Positions 25,978-42,112 of a stretch of DNA of 64,000 nucleotides are shown here, one piece after another. Source of the DNA: Octopus vulgaris. Its lineage: Eukaryota. Positions within the stretch are counted from its first letter, which is position 1. Each line of letters begins with the position of its first letter. The notes below the pieces were generated by a model. That model saw only the letters and a list, made by a program, of their open reading frames with translations, searched no databases and had not been told where the DNA came from. The position numbers and the translations under genes are program-made. The stretch is from the NCBI GenBank assembly GCA_951406725.2, contig OX597820.1, positions 53,320,001 through 53,384,000 of the forward strand, written 5' to 3'.

Positions 25978-26600
25978 TATAGAGTATATGTAAATAAGTA
26001 TGTATAGAGAGACTCCGAAAGAGAGATAGAAGACAGAGTGAGATGTTGATATATAGATATTTGCATAAAATGCGAACAGTTTTTTTCAAACATTTGGTAG
26101 TAAATACACGACTGTGTTTGAAATTAATCTTTTGTCTTTATGGTGGATTTTTCTTATTTTCTTAGTCTTTCATATTTAGAATGGTATGATAAAAATCTCG
26201 AATCTTTCAGTCAAAGTTTCAAGAGTTTTTCTGTATCTTTGTCGGAATAAAATGCTGGCAGCAAGAGCGAATACAGCGCATGGTTTGCTGTAGACTGCGA
26301 AGTATGAAGGAATTATTGTAACTGATGAAATTGTCAATAGCAGGTCTTGAAAAATATTTCGATAGATTTTATGGCTTAATTTGAGATTTTGTGCTGTCAT
26401 TTTTTTTTTCTGATTTTTCTATTGTTGCATTTTATTATTCATAAGACTTCTATATATGTTTTCAACTTTTGTCGAATTCTATTCAAAATTCCAGGGCTGT
26501 CAGTTAATTATTTTCGATCTAATTTTTTTCGTGTTCTGTGCTCTAAGTTGCGATAGACCTTTGCTGTAAATGCATGGCCAGTCAACGAGAAATTTCCATA
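24700..26600 (-). pseudogene. Second fossil R4/Dong-like retrotransposon
   Basis: Minus-strand motifs: [10 protein letters not shown] (~26065-26095), NFRSTACLNML (~25220-25255, cf. NYRPIACLN), QAG...EELLIHK (~25100-25170), CRKTFDSIP (~24990-25015), FKR...LLFILSLNPL (~24788-24855). Confidence 0.6.
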
Positions 26601-26639
26601 CATGTGACTGAAATGTAAGCATTTGTGACATGACGCTAA

Positions 26640-27800
26640 TAACCTTCATATCGACATTGAAATTTTATATTACTTTGGGTGTCTGAGGAGCCTTCCATGG
26701 TTTGCTAATTTTCGATTTTATGTTGATGAGAGGGTTTCCATTCTGAGGGTTTGGGAATGACATGTACATCCATTCTTAACACGTTCCGGCAGACTTAAGC
26801 ATGGCCTTTCACTCTTAGTTGTAATATATGATGTGTGTTTGCAATGTATCCTAGTTCTACGTTTTTAGCTGTGTATGATACTTGTGTCCTATCTTATGAG
26901 TTTTAATGAAGTATTTCCCCATTCGATAACCAGTGTGCATTTTATTCTTGCAGTATAAGTTTCTGTGTTTTACATACTTTCAGTGGTTAGTGCATCTGGG
27001 TGAAGTTATTCATAAATTTCTCAACAGCTAAATCTACTATCATGTCAGAGAACTTCATATTAACTAGTGCTTTTTTTCTATAATCTAATCGCAAATTAGC
27101 ACTGAATGTTATTCAGATAACCAATGAAAGAAAAAAATTTGTTCATTGTAAATATAAGAAGTTTACGCTTCATTACTCAAACTGTTACACTGGGCTCAAA
27201 ATTTCGATATTTTATCCTTGATAGATTACATCTACATCAAGGAGCCATCGCAACAAATTATTATAATACAATACTTAAAAAAAAGTTACAAACCTGAATT
27301 GATAGTCTTAAATAGAGCAGTTTCCCTATGTTATTGTCTCCAAAAATATTTTTTAGTAGATTAAGACATTCTGATACAATGTAATGTAGATGTAGTGTAC
27401 AAGAAAATACACCACGCAAGCGGTATTTTTCATCGATATTGCCGGAATGCTTGATATCACTTTCAATATAGCTAATGATGTACGTTTGATCCCGAATAGA
27501 TCATGTTGTTTCTGTTGCACAACTTCAGTTGAATATGTTCAAACATGGCAGGCTGTTTATATTCTTTTTATTTATACATGACACACTAATTTCGGGGAAA
27601 TACTGGACACTAATCATGCAATGACATTTTATTTTTGGTTGTTTACGAAATCGACTTTTCCATCCTTATATCAGTATTTTGTTAAAAATTCTACATTAGG
27701 TTCAAATTTTAGTCGTTTGTATTCGAAACTAATTTCTTACAAGAATTTTGTTTGATCTATTTTGTAAGCTATTCATCTTATATGATAGCAGACAAGGACA
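26640..27800 (-). pseudogene. Possible highly degenerate RTE-like LINE remnant
   Basis: RVKGHA..MDVHVIPK..WKP (~26720-26820) loosely resembles the RTE C-terminal WAGHV.RM..IPK..W.P motif; otherwise weak. Confidence 0.3.
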
Positions 27801-27899
27801 CGTTATATTTCTTTTTATGACTTCGCAACGTAGTGGGTCACATTAGTATCTGCTTTCTGACGCAAAATATATTCCCACCTTTATTTGATATTCACAGTT

Positions 27900-29080
27900 C
27901 TTGGTTGTCAGGTTGTTACTTTCTTAGACGGTGTCTCGTATTACTGTCTATAGAAATCAAGTTTGCTATAACTCCAGTCCTTTACTAAGAACTATATATT
28001 ATATCTGCGTCTGTAAATGCGTTGATGGCATGGATGACTTTTGTCCTATTAAGATTAGTTTTTTTAAACTTTATTATTTCAGTCAAAATATTTATTTCAT
28101 GTTTTTACACAGCTTTGTCGAAATTCTGCGTTATAGACTATCCATGGTGTTCCAAACGATTAAATTTTTTGTTGTTGGATTCTGTATAGATAGTTTCTTT
28201 TTACGTTTATCCACTTCACAAGATGTTTATATATCCACGGTAAATTGGTTGATGATAGAAAGATGTTACTTAAGTGGTAGACCGTTTGCAGCATACCATC
28301 TTAGCTGATGTACTAAAAGAAAAGATTGGATTCTTGCTATGTCGTACCTTCCCTTTTGTATGATGACACAAGAGTAACAGACATGTAATAAAAAAATTGA
28401 AGACTTAATGGAGTTCACAGTTAGATCGTTGGATGCCCCCAAGAACTCTCCTGCCACTTCGTTATTCTTTGAAAGATATTTGCAATACACTTCAGGTGTG
28501 TGTATTTTGTGCATGCTAAGGTGAGACGTACGTAACACCGAAACAAGTGACTTCTTGTAGTCGATCCGGTCGCATGATGTTACATTTTCGCAATTTCACC
28601 GTATGATACAATTAAAAGGGACTTGTCAATTGTCCTGAAGGATTGGAGAATGAATCACTTTTGCACTTCGGGAATTATATTATTTAAAATTTTTTTCCTA
28701 AATGTTCAGTATCGTTTGGATACCAGTTTATAAATTACTAACCAAAAACTGATGGACGAATTCCTGTCGAGTCATTTGTGCAGACTCTTTGACCAGATTA
28801 TTTGACCAAATTATTCAAGAAATTATTGAAGATTAATATTAACTTCTAGTGCAATATGTCAAACTAAAACTACCAGCAATTTTGAATGATGTCAATGATG
28901 TAATTTTTCCAGTTTTCGAATCTGCTTAAAGGAATCCTCAAAATAGTTTTCAAAAGGCTTTGAGAACATGCTTTTTCAATTTGTATTGTCATTTCTCAGT
29001 CTTCTAACCAGCTAATATTTTTGTTATAATAGGGTCCTCTTTCAAAAACAAATCTCCAAAACAAGGGCTTTTTCAGTAGG
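27900..29080 (-). pseudogene. Possible fossil hAT (Charlie/Buster-like) transposase
   Basis: Collinear weak motifs VCTND (cf. VCTDG, ~28775), VIHS (cf. THC..H, ~28650), VNSIKS and FLLVHQLRWY (cf. LLLHTEVRWL) in ORF 28266..28538. Confidence 0.4.
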
Positions 29081-29315
29081 CACCTTATCAGTATTTATTT
29101 CGTGTGTGTTTATGTGTGTGTGTGTATGTGTGTATGTGCGTGTGTGTGCGTGCGTGTTTGGAAAAGAGTTTTTTGACACGGGTACAAGTTTGAGTAGCAT
29201 TGTTTGACCATAATACAGAAATATTTAAATCTCGTATTTAACATAAAATAGCTGTTTTAACGAGAAAAAGTTGTGCTTCTTCATTGTTTATTGTATCATA
29301 CAGGTTGTGTTCTGT

Positions 29316-29925
29316 TGTCTTCTTTTTCTTCTTCTTCTTCTTCTTCTTCTTCTTCTTCTTCTTCTTCTTCTTCTTCTTTTTCTTCTCCTCCTCCTCCTCC
29401 TCTGTCTCCTCTTTCTTGAATTTTTACTCCTATTTCATCTATTTCCTTCCTCCTCTTCTTTCCTTCTCTTTCATCTCTTCCATTCCTCTTCTCCTTCCTT
29501 TTATTCTCCTCCTTTGTCTCCTTCTTCTTCTTCTCCCCCTTCTCTCTCTTCTTGAATTCCTTCTTTCACCTCTTCCCTATTTCCTCTTTCTTCTTCTTCT
29601 TCTTCTTCTTCTTCTTCTTCTTCTTCTTCTTCTTCTCCTTCTTGTTTTCCTTCTTCTTCCACTTCTTGAATTCCTTCTCTTTCATCTCTTCCTTAATTCC
29701 TCTCCCTTTTCTTTTTCTTCTTCTTCTCCTTCTTCTTCTTGTTTTCCTTCTTCATCTCCTCCTTCTCCTTCTTCTTCTTGTTTTCCTTCTTCTTCTACCT
29801 CTTCTTGAATTCCTTCTCTTTCATCTCTTCCTTACTTCCTCTTCCTTCTTTTCTTCTTCTTCTCCTCCTCCTCCTCCTCCTTGTTTTTGTTAATGTTGCT
29901 CTTTTTTTTTCTTCTTCTTAACTCT
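29316..29925. repeat. ~600-bp polypyrimidine (CTT/CCT)n array with a repeated TCTTGAATTCCTTCT spacer
   Basis: Spacer recurs at ~29414 (variant), 29550, 29664 and 29803. Confidence 0.9.
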
Positions 29926-30105
29926 TTTTCTTATTTTTGACAGTGTGTTGCTGTTGTTGTTGTTACTTTTATTCTGTTTCTATTAGTACAGTCGATGCTA
30001 CTAATTAACGAAAATAGGAAACTTTTGGTGCATTATGATATGTAAATTATTCCGATAAAGTCATCCATTCACCACTGTTTGCTGTCCTTCACCATCTCCC
30101 GACCT

Positions 30106-30137
<32 letters not shown>

Positions 30138-30895
30138 TTGCCTGCAACACTGATTATTTGTAATATTTTGTATAAATACTGTCATTTCATTCTGCGGGGC
30201 TATATTAATCCATAAATGTTAATAACAACAACTACAACACCAACGAGAGCGGCAGCAAAAACAACAACGACAACAAAAAACAATAAAAGGATAAAAGAAT
30301 AAACAAACGAATAAATGATTCTGACAATTGAAAAACTCATGATTTCTGGGGCAATTTGCTTAAGGTATGTTCAAGAAATAGAAAAACGTTATAAAAACAT
30401 GATGAAATAACTGAATTGAATGAAGCAATTTCATTTTAGAATGTGACCTGAACCTAACGTCCATGAATGTGCTCAGATTTCGGATACTTGGTCGTTCACA
30501 TTAAATTGAAGTGTTTCAATCTGGCATTCTCAGGTGGACATGTCCCATATTTACAGAACTGTGAAGTAGTTAGGGAGGCTGAAATTAATTAATGCTTTGT
30601 TTCTCAGAGCTGTAACAGAAATTCTATGAAAACAACCCTAACGTTCTTCTGATGCTTCAGAATAGATATTTAAATCCTTAAAATTCTTACAATAAAACTG
30701 CAAAAGCCATAAGTAAAAGTTAATAAACTGTATTTTATGTCATTATTGGTGAACAATAGCGTCGTGAGTTATAAATTTCAGGCTGTCGGAGCTGATGCTC
30801 ACTCGTTAGCTCAATCGTCGAAAGATTGACTGTTGGAGCGATGGTGACGTCATTATCCAAATCTCACAGATGTCTCCTTTACCTCTTATCCTTTA

Positions 30896-31147
30896 GGATG
30901 GGATTATGTTAGTAGTGCAACGATGGTAGTAGTATGATAATGCGACAGTTGCAGTGGAGAAATAATCGTGTTGATGACATCATTATGATGATAATATTCT
31001 TTTCTACTCTAGGCACAAGGCCCGAAATTTTGGAGGTAGGAGGGGCCAGTCGATTAGATCGATCCCAGTACGCAACTGGTACTTAATTTATCGATCCCGA
31101 AAGGATGAAAGCAAAGTCGACCTCGTCGGAATTTGATTAGGACGATA
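30896..31147. repeat. Copy 1 of a ~250-bp direct duplication (unique flank plus truncated minus-strand SINE A)
   Basis: Aligns with 32201-32446, including the identical SINE breakpoint GGAATTTGATTAGGACGATA. Confidence 0.9.
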
Positions 31148-31166
31148 AATATCCAATCAAGTAAAT

Positions 31167-31441
31167 GTGAAGGCGTATGGATCAGTGGTTAGAGTGTCGG
31201 GTTTCCAATCATGGAGAAGTGAGTTCCATTTCCGGACCGGGCTGTGTGTTATGTTCTTCAGTAAGACACTTTATTTCGCGTTGTTCCAGTTCACTCAGCT
31301 GTAGATATGAGTTGCGATGTCAATGTATCGCCAAGCTGTATCGGCATTTGCCTTTCCCTTGGATAGCAGTGGTGTGGAGAAGGGAGGCTGGTATGCATGG
31401 CCGACTGCTGGTCTTCCATAAGCAACCTTGCTCGGAGTTGA
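31167..31441 (+). mobile_element. SINE family C, 3'-truncated
   Basis: tRNA-like head plus shared core; reverse complement of 31795-32146. Confidence 0.8.
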
Positions 31442-31664
31442 AATATTACAATTAGTCTTCAGTATGTGATTCTGTCTTGAAAGTTGTGACGTTAACAGTA
31501 GTGTGACGATGGTAGAGATGTGATTATGGAATTTATGTAACGATGGTAGTTCTTTGATGGTGGCAGTTGTGTACGTTTGTGGAAGCGTGACAATAAAAGA
31601 ATATGATGGGGATGATGATGGTGATGATAATGATGATGATGGTGATGGTGGTGATGATGGTGAC

Positions 31665-31718
<54 letters not shown>

Positions 31719-31794
31719 ACGATCATCGTGATGCGACGATTGTAGTAATGAAACAATTGCAGTGGTGTGACTAGGAGAACTATGACAATGGTAA

Positions 31795-32146
31795 AGAGTT
31801 AAGGGTAAAGACTCCCTGCGGTCATGAATGACCATGGGATTGCATCTAGAAAGTTCCCTCTCCGAGGCAAAGTCCGGGCAATGTCGTTTTAATGGGAAAC
31901 CAGCAGACGCCCATGCATACCAGTCTCTCCTCCCCACGCCACCGGTGTAATTCAAAGGAAAAGGAAAGGCTGATACAGCTTGGCACCAGTGACATCGCAA
32001 CTCATTCCTAAAGCTGAGTGAATTGGAACAACGAGAAGTAAAGAGACTTGTTCAAGAACTCAACACACTGCCCTGTCAAGGAACCGAACTCACTACCTCA
32101 TGATTATGAGCCCGACACTGTATCCACTGAGCCATGCACCTTCACA
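31795..32146 (-). mobile_element. SINE family C, full length with 14-bp TSD
   Basis: TSD TATGACAATGGTAA at 31781-31794 and 32147-32160. Confidence 0.88.
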
Positions 32147-32200
32147 TATGACAATGGTAATGACGCGATAAAAACAGTAACAAATATAATGGAATTGTAG

Positions 32201-32446
32201 GGATGGGATTATGTTAGTAGTGCAACGATGGTAGAAGTGTGATAATGCGTCAGCTGCAGTGGAGAAATAATCGTGTTGATGACATCATTATGATGATAAT
32301 ATTCTTTCCTACTCTAGGCACAAGGCCCGAAATTTTGGGGGAAGGAGTCGATTAAATCGACCCCAGTACGCAACTGGTACTTAATTTATCGACCCCGAAA
32401 GGATGAAAGGCAAAGTCGACCTTGCCGGAATTTGATTAGGACGATA
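32201..32446. repeat. Copy 2 of the ~250-bp direct duplication
   Basis: Aligns with 30896-31147. Confidence 0.9.
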
Positions 32447-32834
32447 TACGATAATATTAGTGCGACAATGGTCGTGGTTTAACGATGTTACAGAAATTAC
32501 GTTGTGACATTAAAGGCGATGTAACGACTTTGGTGACTGAGTGACGTTGATGGTGGTTGATGTTCTCGTTTTACATGATTTAGTCAAAGGAAGAATAGTA
32601 GCAATTTTCACTATTTTCAGAACATTTGAGATTCCTGAGGGCAAGGAGAATTAGGTAATAGCGTTAAATCTAGCGTAGGACTATGTCTACATCGGAAGAT
32701 CAGTAGTGATGACATGTTATAGGTGGTGTGACGCTGTTAATGGCACGGCGTAGTGAAGTAGTGTGACGTTGGTTTGCAGCATGGTATTGTGTAGTATGGC
32801 GATGAGAGGCAATGTTACGTGGTATATTTGTTAT

Positions 32835-33690
32835 CTGTGTGAAGTTCTGTAGCGTTATCCGTTGGTTAGCAATGTAACGTTGGTTAGCCGTACGTCATTA
32901 ATTAGAAACATCAGGCAAAATAGTGACGTATAACGCTGTTTTGCAGTTTGACGTTTAGTGGTGGTATGCTGCAATGTAGCGTTGTAACGTTGAGTAGCAG
33001 CATGACGTTGGGTAGTAGACTGACGAGAGTATAACTTTGAATAGCTGAGTAATTTTGATGTAATATAAAGTTGTGCCATTTGGTGGTAATCCCATGTTGT
33101 GTAGCCGTTTGACGTTGAGTAGCGTTCTACGTAGTGTAGCGATGTAACTTTGGTTAGCAGAGTGACACTGAACGGAGACATAACGTAATATAGTGCTGTG
33201 ATGTTACATAAAGGTATAATGATGTTTAGCTATGTCAGGTTTTGTTGTAGTATGCCGTAATGCAGCGTTGTGACGTTGAATAGCATTATGACGTTGTGTG
33301 GAATATTGGCGTGCATATGGCGTTGTGTGTCGGAGTGATGTAGGTGCAGTGTAACCCTATGGCGTTGGGTGGAAATGTTACGTAGTTCAGGCGTATGGCG
33401 TTAAGTAACGTTCTATGTATTGTAGCGATGTAACGTTGACTATCAGTGTGACACTGTGTGGGTGAATTACGTAGTGTAGTGGTGTGACGTAAGATAGATG
33501 AATGACGATGTTTAGCAGTGTGAGGTTCAGTGGTGGCATAGTGTAATGTAGCGTTGTGACGTTATATGTTAGTTTGACGTGAGCATGTATAGCGCGGTGA
33601 ATCTGATGTAGTGTCACAGTGACGACGTTGAGTGGTGACAGCATATTGAGAAGCGACGTGGTGATATTTTTTAGTAGGAGGGCGTGGGGT
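32835..33690. repeat. Diverged minisatellite, 286-bp period, about 3 copies
   Basis: AATGYAGCGTTGTRACGTT at 32973, 33259 and 33545; CGTTCTAYGTAKTGTAGCGATGTAAC at ~33123 and ~33409. Confidence 0.75.
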
Positions 33691-33983
33691 GAAAATTGCA
33701 GGTCATTTTGTGTATTGGTTGACAGATCAAAACAGTCCAATGTATAGAATGCAACTGTGATGGCATATCATCTGTAGCCAACGGTGTATTTACACAGTAT
33801 CATGATCAGTATGAAAAGGTGAGTTGGGGGGGTGAGGAAAGGGTCAAAAGGTTATGTAGGAAGGTGGGGAAAGCTTAAGTGTAAGGGGAAGGGCAGATTG
33901 GAATAGCACTTATAGTAGTAGTAATGGGAGTGGTAGGAGTAGTGATAACAGTCGGAGAAGTAGTAGAGCAGGAGGTCAGCGGC

Positions 33984-37200
<3,217 letters not shown>

Positions 37201-37329
37201 AAACGAAAAACAAAATGAAAGAACAGAAAGACGGACAAAGAACTAAAGTTAATGGTCTGTTCCACAAGATTTACCGCAGTTCATTCTCCCGACATATGCA
37301 AAGAAATATAGAAATAAGAGTGGAAATCA

Positions 37330-37333
37330 TATG

Positions 37334-37409
<76 letters not shown>

Positions 37410-37522
37410 CATACATACATTCACATATATATATACATATATATGTATATGAAGAATATATACGTTTATATATATATGTATATATATATGCATATATATA
37501 TATGTATATGAAGAATATATAC

Positions 37523-37621
<99 letters not shown>

Positions 37622-37970
37622 CGTACATATATACACATACATAAATATATATGTATATATATATATATATATACGTACATATATATACATACTTATATAT
37701 ATATGTATATATATATATATGTATTTATATATATGTATATATATGTATATATATATATGCATATATATGTATATATATGTATATATATATGCATATATAT
37801 GTATATATATGTATATATATATATATACGCATATGTGTGTGTATGTATTGATGTCTGTCTGTATGTATGTATTTATACATGCATTTATATATGCATGTGT
37901 ATGTAAATATATACAAGTTTATATGTATGCATAAATATCTATCTATCTATCTCTCTGTCTCTCTGTCTCT

Positions 37971-38008
<38 letters not shown>

Positions 38009-38584
38009 CTATGTATATAGACACGCACAATATGTACTTAATTTTGCATACGCTTGTGACAGCGTGTTTGTATACAGATACGCAAGTGTGTGTGCACATA
38101 TGTATGTGCATAGAATCATCTGTGTGTGTTTGAGTGTACATGTGTGCGTACCTATGTGTGTGTGTGTGTGTATGTATGTGTTCAGTGTGTGTATGTGTGT
38201 GTGTGTGTGTGTGCATTCATCAGTTCCTTCATTATATTGCAAAGATTGCAAATATCATCCTCACCTAACATAACTACTGCAACAACTGAAACATGGAAAC
38301 GAGGCACCAACACCACCACCACCACCACCACCACCACCACCAATACCGCCACCAACACCGCCACTAACACTACCACCAACACTACCGCCATCACCACCGC
38401 AACCACCGCCATTTTCCACTATTAATCAGGAAATTAACACGATATGCCTCAAACTATGGAATGTATAAAATATTTTTCTTAATGAAATCCATGCAATGTA
38501 CTTCCTGACCTTCTCATTCTTTCGATACTTTCTCTTTCTCTCTGACTTTCTCTGCCTCTGTATCCCCTCTTTCTCTCTCTCGCT

Positions 38585-38620
<36 letters not shown>

Positions 38621-38848
38621 CCCTTTATATCTTGATCACTCAGGTTCGTTTAATGTGTACCCTTCCGTGTTTCTACGCATGTATGGATACATATATTCAA
38701 CTATCTGCTTATCTCGCTATGTATATATATACATATATATATATATGTGTGTGTGTGTGCACGTTTGTATGTGTGTGTAAAGTAAATGTATATATATATA
38801 TATATATATACATATAGATAGCTAGATAGATAAATAGATAGATAGATG

Positions 38849-38931
<83 letters not shown>

Positions 38932-39060
38932 GCACTCCTTTACAGACACGTGCACATAGTAGTAAAGAAAGGAAGGAAGGAAGGAAGGAAGGAAGGAAGG
39001 AAGGAGGGAAAGAAGGAAGGAAGGAAGGAAGGAAAGGAGAAAAGAAGGAAAGGAAGAAGG
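37330..39060. repeat. Long compound (TA)n/(TG)n/(TAGA)n/(GGAA)n microsatellite field
   Basis: Direct inspection. Confidence 0.95.
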
Positions 39061-39439
39061 AAGGAAAAGATGGTAAGAGAGAACTGGAGATAGAATATAC
39101 ATACATAGAGACATACATACATACTTACTCATATACAAACAGTGTGTGAGAGGGAGAGAGAGGAGGAGAGGGCGGAGGGAGAGGCAGAGATAGCTCAGGT
39201 GGGTAGTGATGTACTTGAATGACTTAAATATTTCAGTATTAAATGTAATAGAAAATAAAATATCCTAAATTAATAGAAATTTTCCTCTCAGGTGATGAAG
39301 GAAAACAAAAGTCTTGCGATAATTATGAACAACTTTCGGAGGAAAATGAGAGATAGTTAATTAGAACCAATTAAAAATTAATTTCACAGAATATTTAATT
39401 TTCATTGTTTCGGTAAAATAAGATCTGACGACCTGGTTA

Positions 39440-39503
<64 letters not shown>

Positions 39504-39713
39504 GTAGTAGTAGTAGTAGTAGTTTTTGTGCAGAGTGGGGTAAGCCCTGAGCGAACACGCTTTTGGTTATAGGCACTCAAACAGTGAACTACCCTTCCTT
39601 TTTTCACCGCTATGAAAGAAACCATGCACATAGAAGTCAAAAGCAGTTTGAAGGAGCTTGGCTGTTATTTTTAGCAAGCTGAAGCTCTCTCGCTTCGATC
39701 TCATAGGAATATA

Positions 39714-39965
39714 ACTGGTACGAAAGTTTCGCTCTTATTAGAGCTCACCAGAGCTTCTAGAGCCTGCTCGAACAATGAACGTAGATTCTCGCAACCAGAA
39801 GTGAAGTTGCAAATAGTTTTAGACAATAACAATTCGTATAATTACAAGGAGTAAACTAAGAAAAATAATAAATGTGCACATATTCTATACTTCACTGATG
39901 AGGTCAAATATGCCGAAATATAACTGCAACTGGCAAAGATCAGGCTTGAAACATTAGCATGAAAA
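39714..39965. ncRNA. Pair of divergently oriented degenerate hammerhead motifs (Penelope-like remnant)
   Basis: Minus 39714-39757: CTGGTGA-GCTCT-AATA-AGAGC-GAAAC-TTTC-GTA. Plus 39891-39963: TTCA-CTGATGA-GGTC...GGCTT-GAAAC-ATTA-GCA-TGAA. Confidence 0.5.
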
Positions 39966-40199
39966 TTAAATTTTCTTTGCAATTAATTCTTAAATTCCTC
40001 GTATTATTTTCTCTCTTCTCTGAGAATCATAGACAATTGCTGTGAGAATTTTATTTTTTTTAAAGAGCCAACCGGCGAATTTCAAAACTTTGACACTCTT
40101 TTGCGTATAGGATTCAAATACTTCCACAACTACCTGAATGCATTCAGCGCATTGGCCTATTTGAGTTACTACTTATACGATTATTATAATACGTAGATG

Positions 40200-40501
40200 A
40201 GTGGAGGCACATGGCCTGGAGGTTAGAGGAGCGGATTCGAGGGATCGCGAGTTCGAATCTCAGACAGGATGATGTGTGTGTTTATGAGCGAAATATCTAA
40301 CCTCCAAGCGGCTCCAGTAGACGGTAATGAGGAACTTCTGCTGACTCTTTCACCACAACTCTCCTTCACTCTTTTGTCCCACATCTAGTAGCTCACTTGC
40401 GACGGACCGGCGTTCCGTCCATCTGGGGAACCTATACGCCAATGAAACGGGGAAACCGGCCATCATGAGCCAGGCATGGCTTGAGAAGGAACAAACAACA
40501 A
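40200..40501 (+). mobile_element. tRNA-derived SINE (fourth family) with 12-bp TSD
   Basis: A box TGGCCTGGAGG, B box GAGTTCGAATC, (AAC)-type tail; TSD AATAYGTAGATG at 40188-40199 and 40502-40513. Confidence 0.8.
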
Positions 40502-41719
40502 AATATGTAGATGTAATATTTTGTTATTTACGGGCATCGATATATATATTTACTTACACCGATATATATTTATTAATTTCTCAATACCTCAATAAGTACG
40601 ATAATGTAAATAACACTACGCAAACATTGTAATGGGTCATATTTATTTTCTGCGCATTATCATATCTCGTACACAATTTCAAAAATGTTATTAACTATTT
40701 TTTAAAATCCCTTTCATCAACCGTTAGTTTACTTTGGGAGGGTATTTACACTGTGGGAAGCCGTTTTCACTTATCTAAAATCAAATTTTTACATATCAAG
40801 CCTTTAATTCTACGATATATCAAGCGGAGATCTCATAAAACTGCAAAAGGTTTCAATTTTTGAGAGCACTATAAACCTTATCAAATATACGAAATCTATC
40901 AATCTGCTCTAGATATAAGCTTCTATGTTTTTCGCCATTGTCAGAAGATGAGGAAAATCAAGGACTCCTCCATGTCGACAGATATTTCAGCATACCTGAT
41001 GCGAGATGCTACACATTTCACGGAAGCTGAAGGAAAATAAGCACATTACTATTCAGAGATACTGTAAACTGCAGGATCTGTTTCTTTTAACGAAAGCTTA
41101 CAAATACCTAAACCACCAGCGAATGCAGTTAACGTTACTTGTAATTATACTTGTATGACTATGGATCTTGCACATTGAGTTACTAAGAACATGTAAGCTG
41201 AGCTCGCATGCTCTCTATTAATAAAGTAACCAAAGTAAATATTTACTCATCATTCATGCTTTCGATACATTTACAAGCAGCAAGTAATTTTTCTTTCAGT
41301 TTAGTAGGATATTTTATTTATTTAATTACTTTTTATCTTTTAGTCCAAAAAAGAAAGCAGTGCCCATGATTCTTCAACCTCTGAGGCTGGCGAGAAGGTG
41401 ATAGAAAGATATCTTCGTGCCCGAGTCCTAACGCACCTACTTACAGCAGAGTGGACTCCGATGATAAAGACACTCCAAACGCTAGACATAGTATTAAACT
41501 AGTTGACGGATTATGTTTCGCATGCAAGTAGCCAGCAAGGCATCAGCTTCTGGATCATATTTTTCATCGACCCTGAAAGAATGTAAGAAAAAAAAATGAT
41601 TTCGGCAGGATTTGAACACAGCGCAAAAACGTCTGAACAAATATAATAAAACATTATAGCCAAGGTTCAAACAACTCTGCCAATTCAACGAATATAATCT
41701 TTCAACTTTCATCGTACAC

Positions 41720-42112
41720 TTATTTCAATCATGAAAATACGGCCGTGCTGGACGACCACCTTGAAAAATGTTTAGTTGAATGAATCGAACCCCCAAACTT
41801 GTTCACTTTTTAAAAGCCTTGTACTTAATCTATTGGCATCTTACCGCATCGCCAAGTAACGGGACGTAAACAAACCAACGCTAGTTGTCAAATGGTGGTG
41901 GGGGACAAACGCAGACAGAAACGCACACACACACACACACACACAATATACAACGCCTTCTTTCAGTTTCAGTACACCAAACCAACTCACAAGGCTTTGG
42001 TCGGGCGAAGGCTATAGAAGACACTTGCCCAAGGTGCCACACAGTGGGACTGAACCCGAAACCATGTGGTTAGGAAGCAAATTTTCGTGCCAGACAGCAA
42101 TGCCTGCGCCTA
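41720..42112 (-). mobile_element. SINE family B (diverged)
   Basis: Reverse complement of the family B consensus. Confidence 0.8.

Noticed and set aside
32835-33690. Regularly spaced motifs as a CRISPR-like array
   Set aside because: Whole units are homologous rather than repeat plus unique spacer; eukaryotic context and no cas genes.
40860-41100. Possible RT YADD-like remnant (IRYAE) on the minus strand
   Set aside because: A single weak motif without collinear support.
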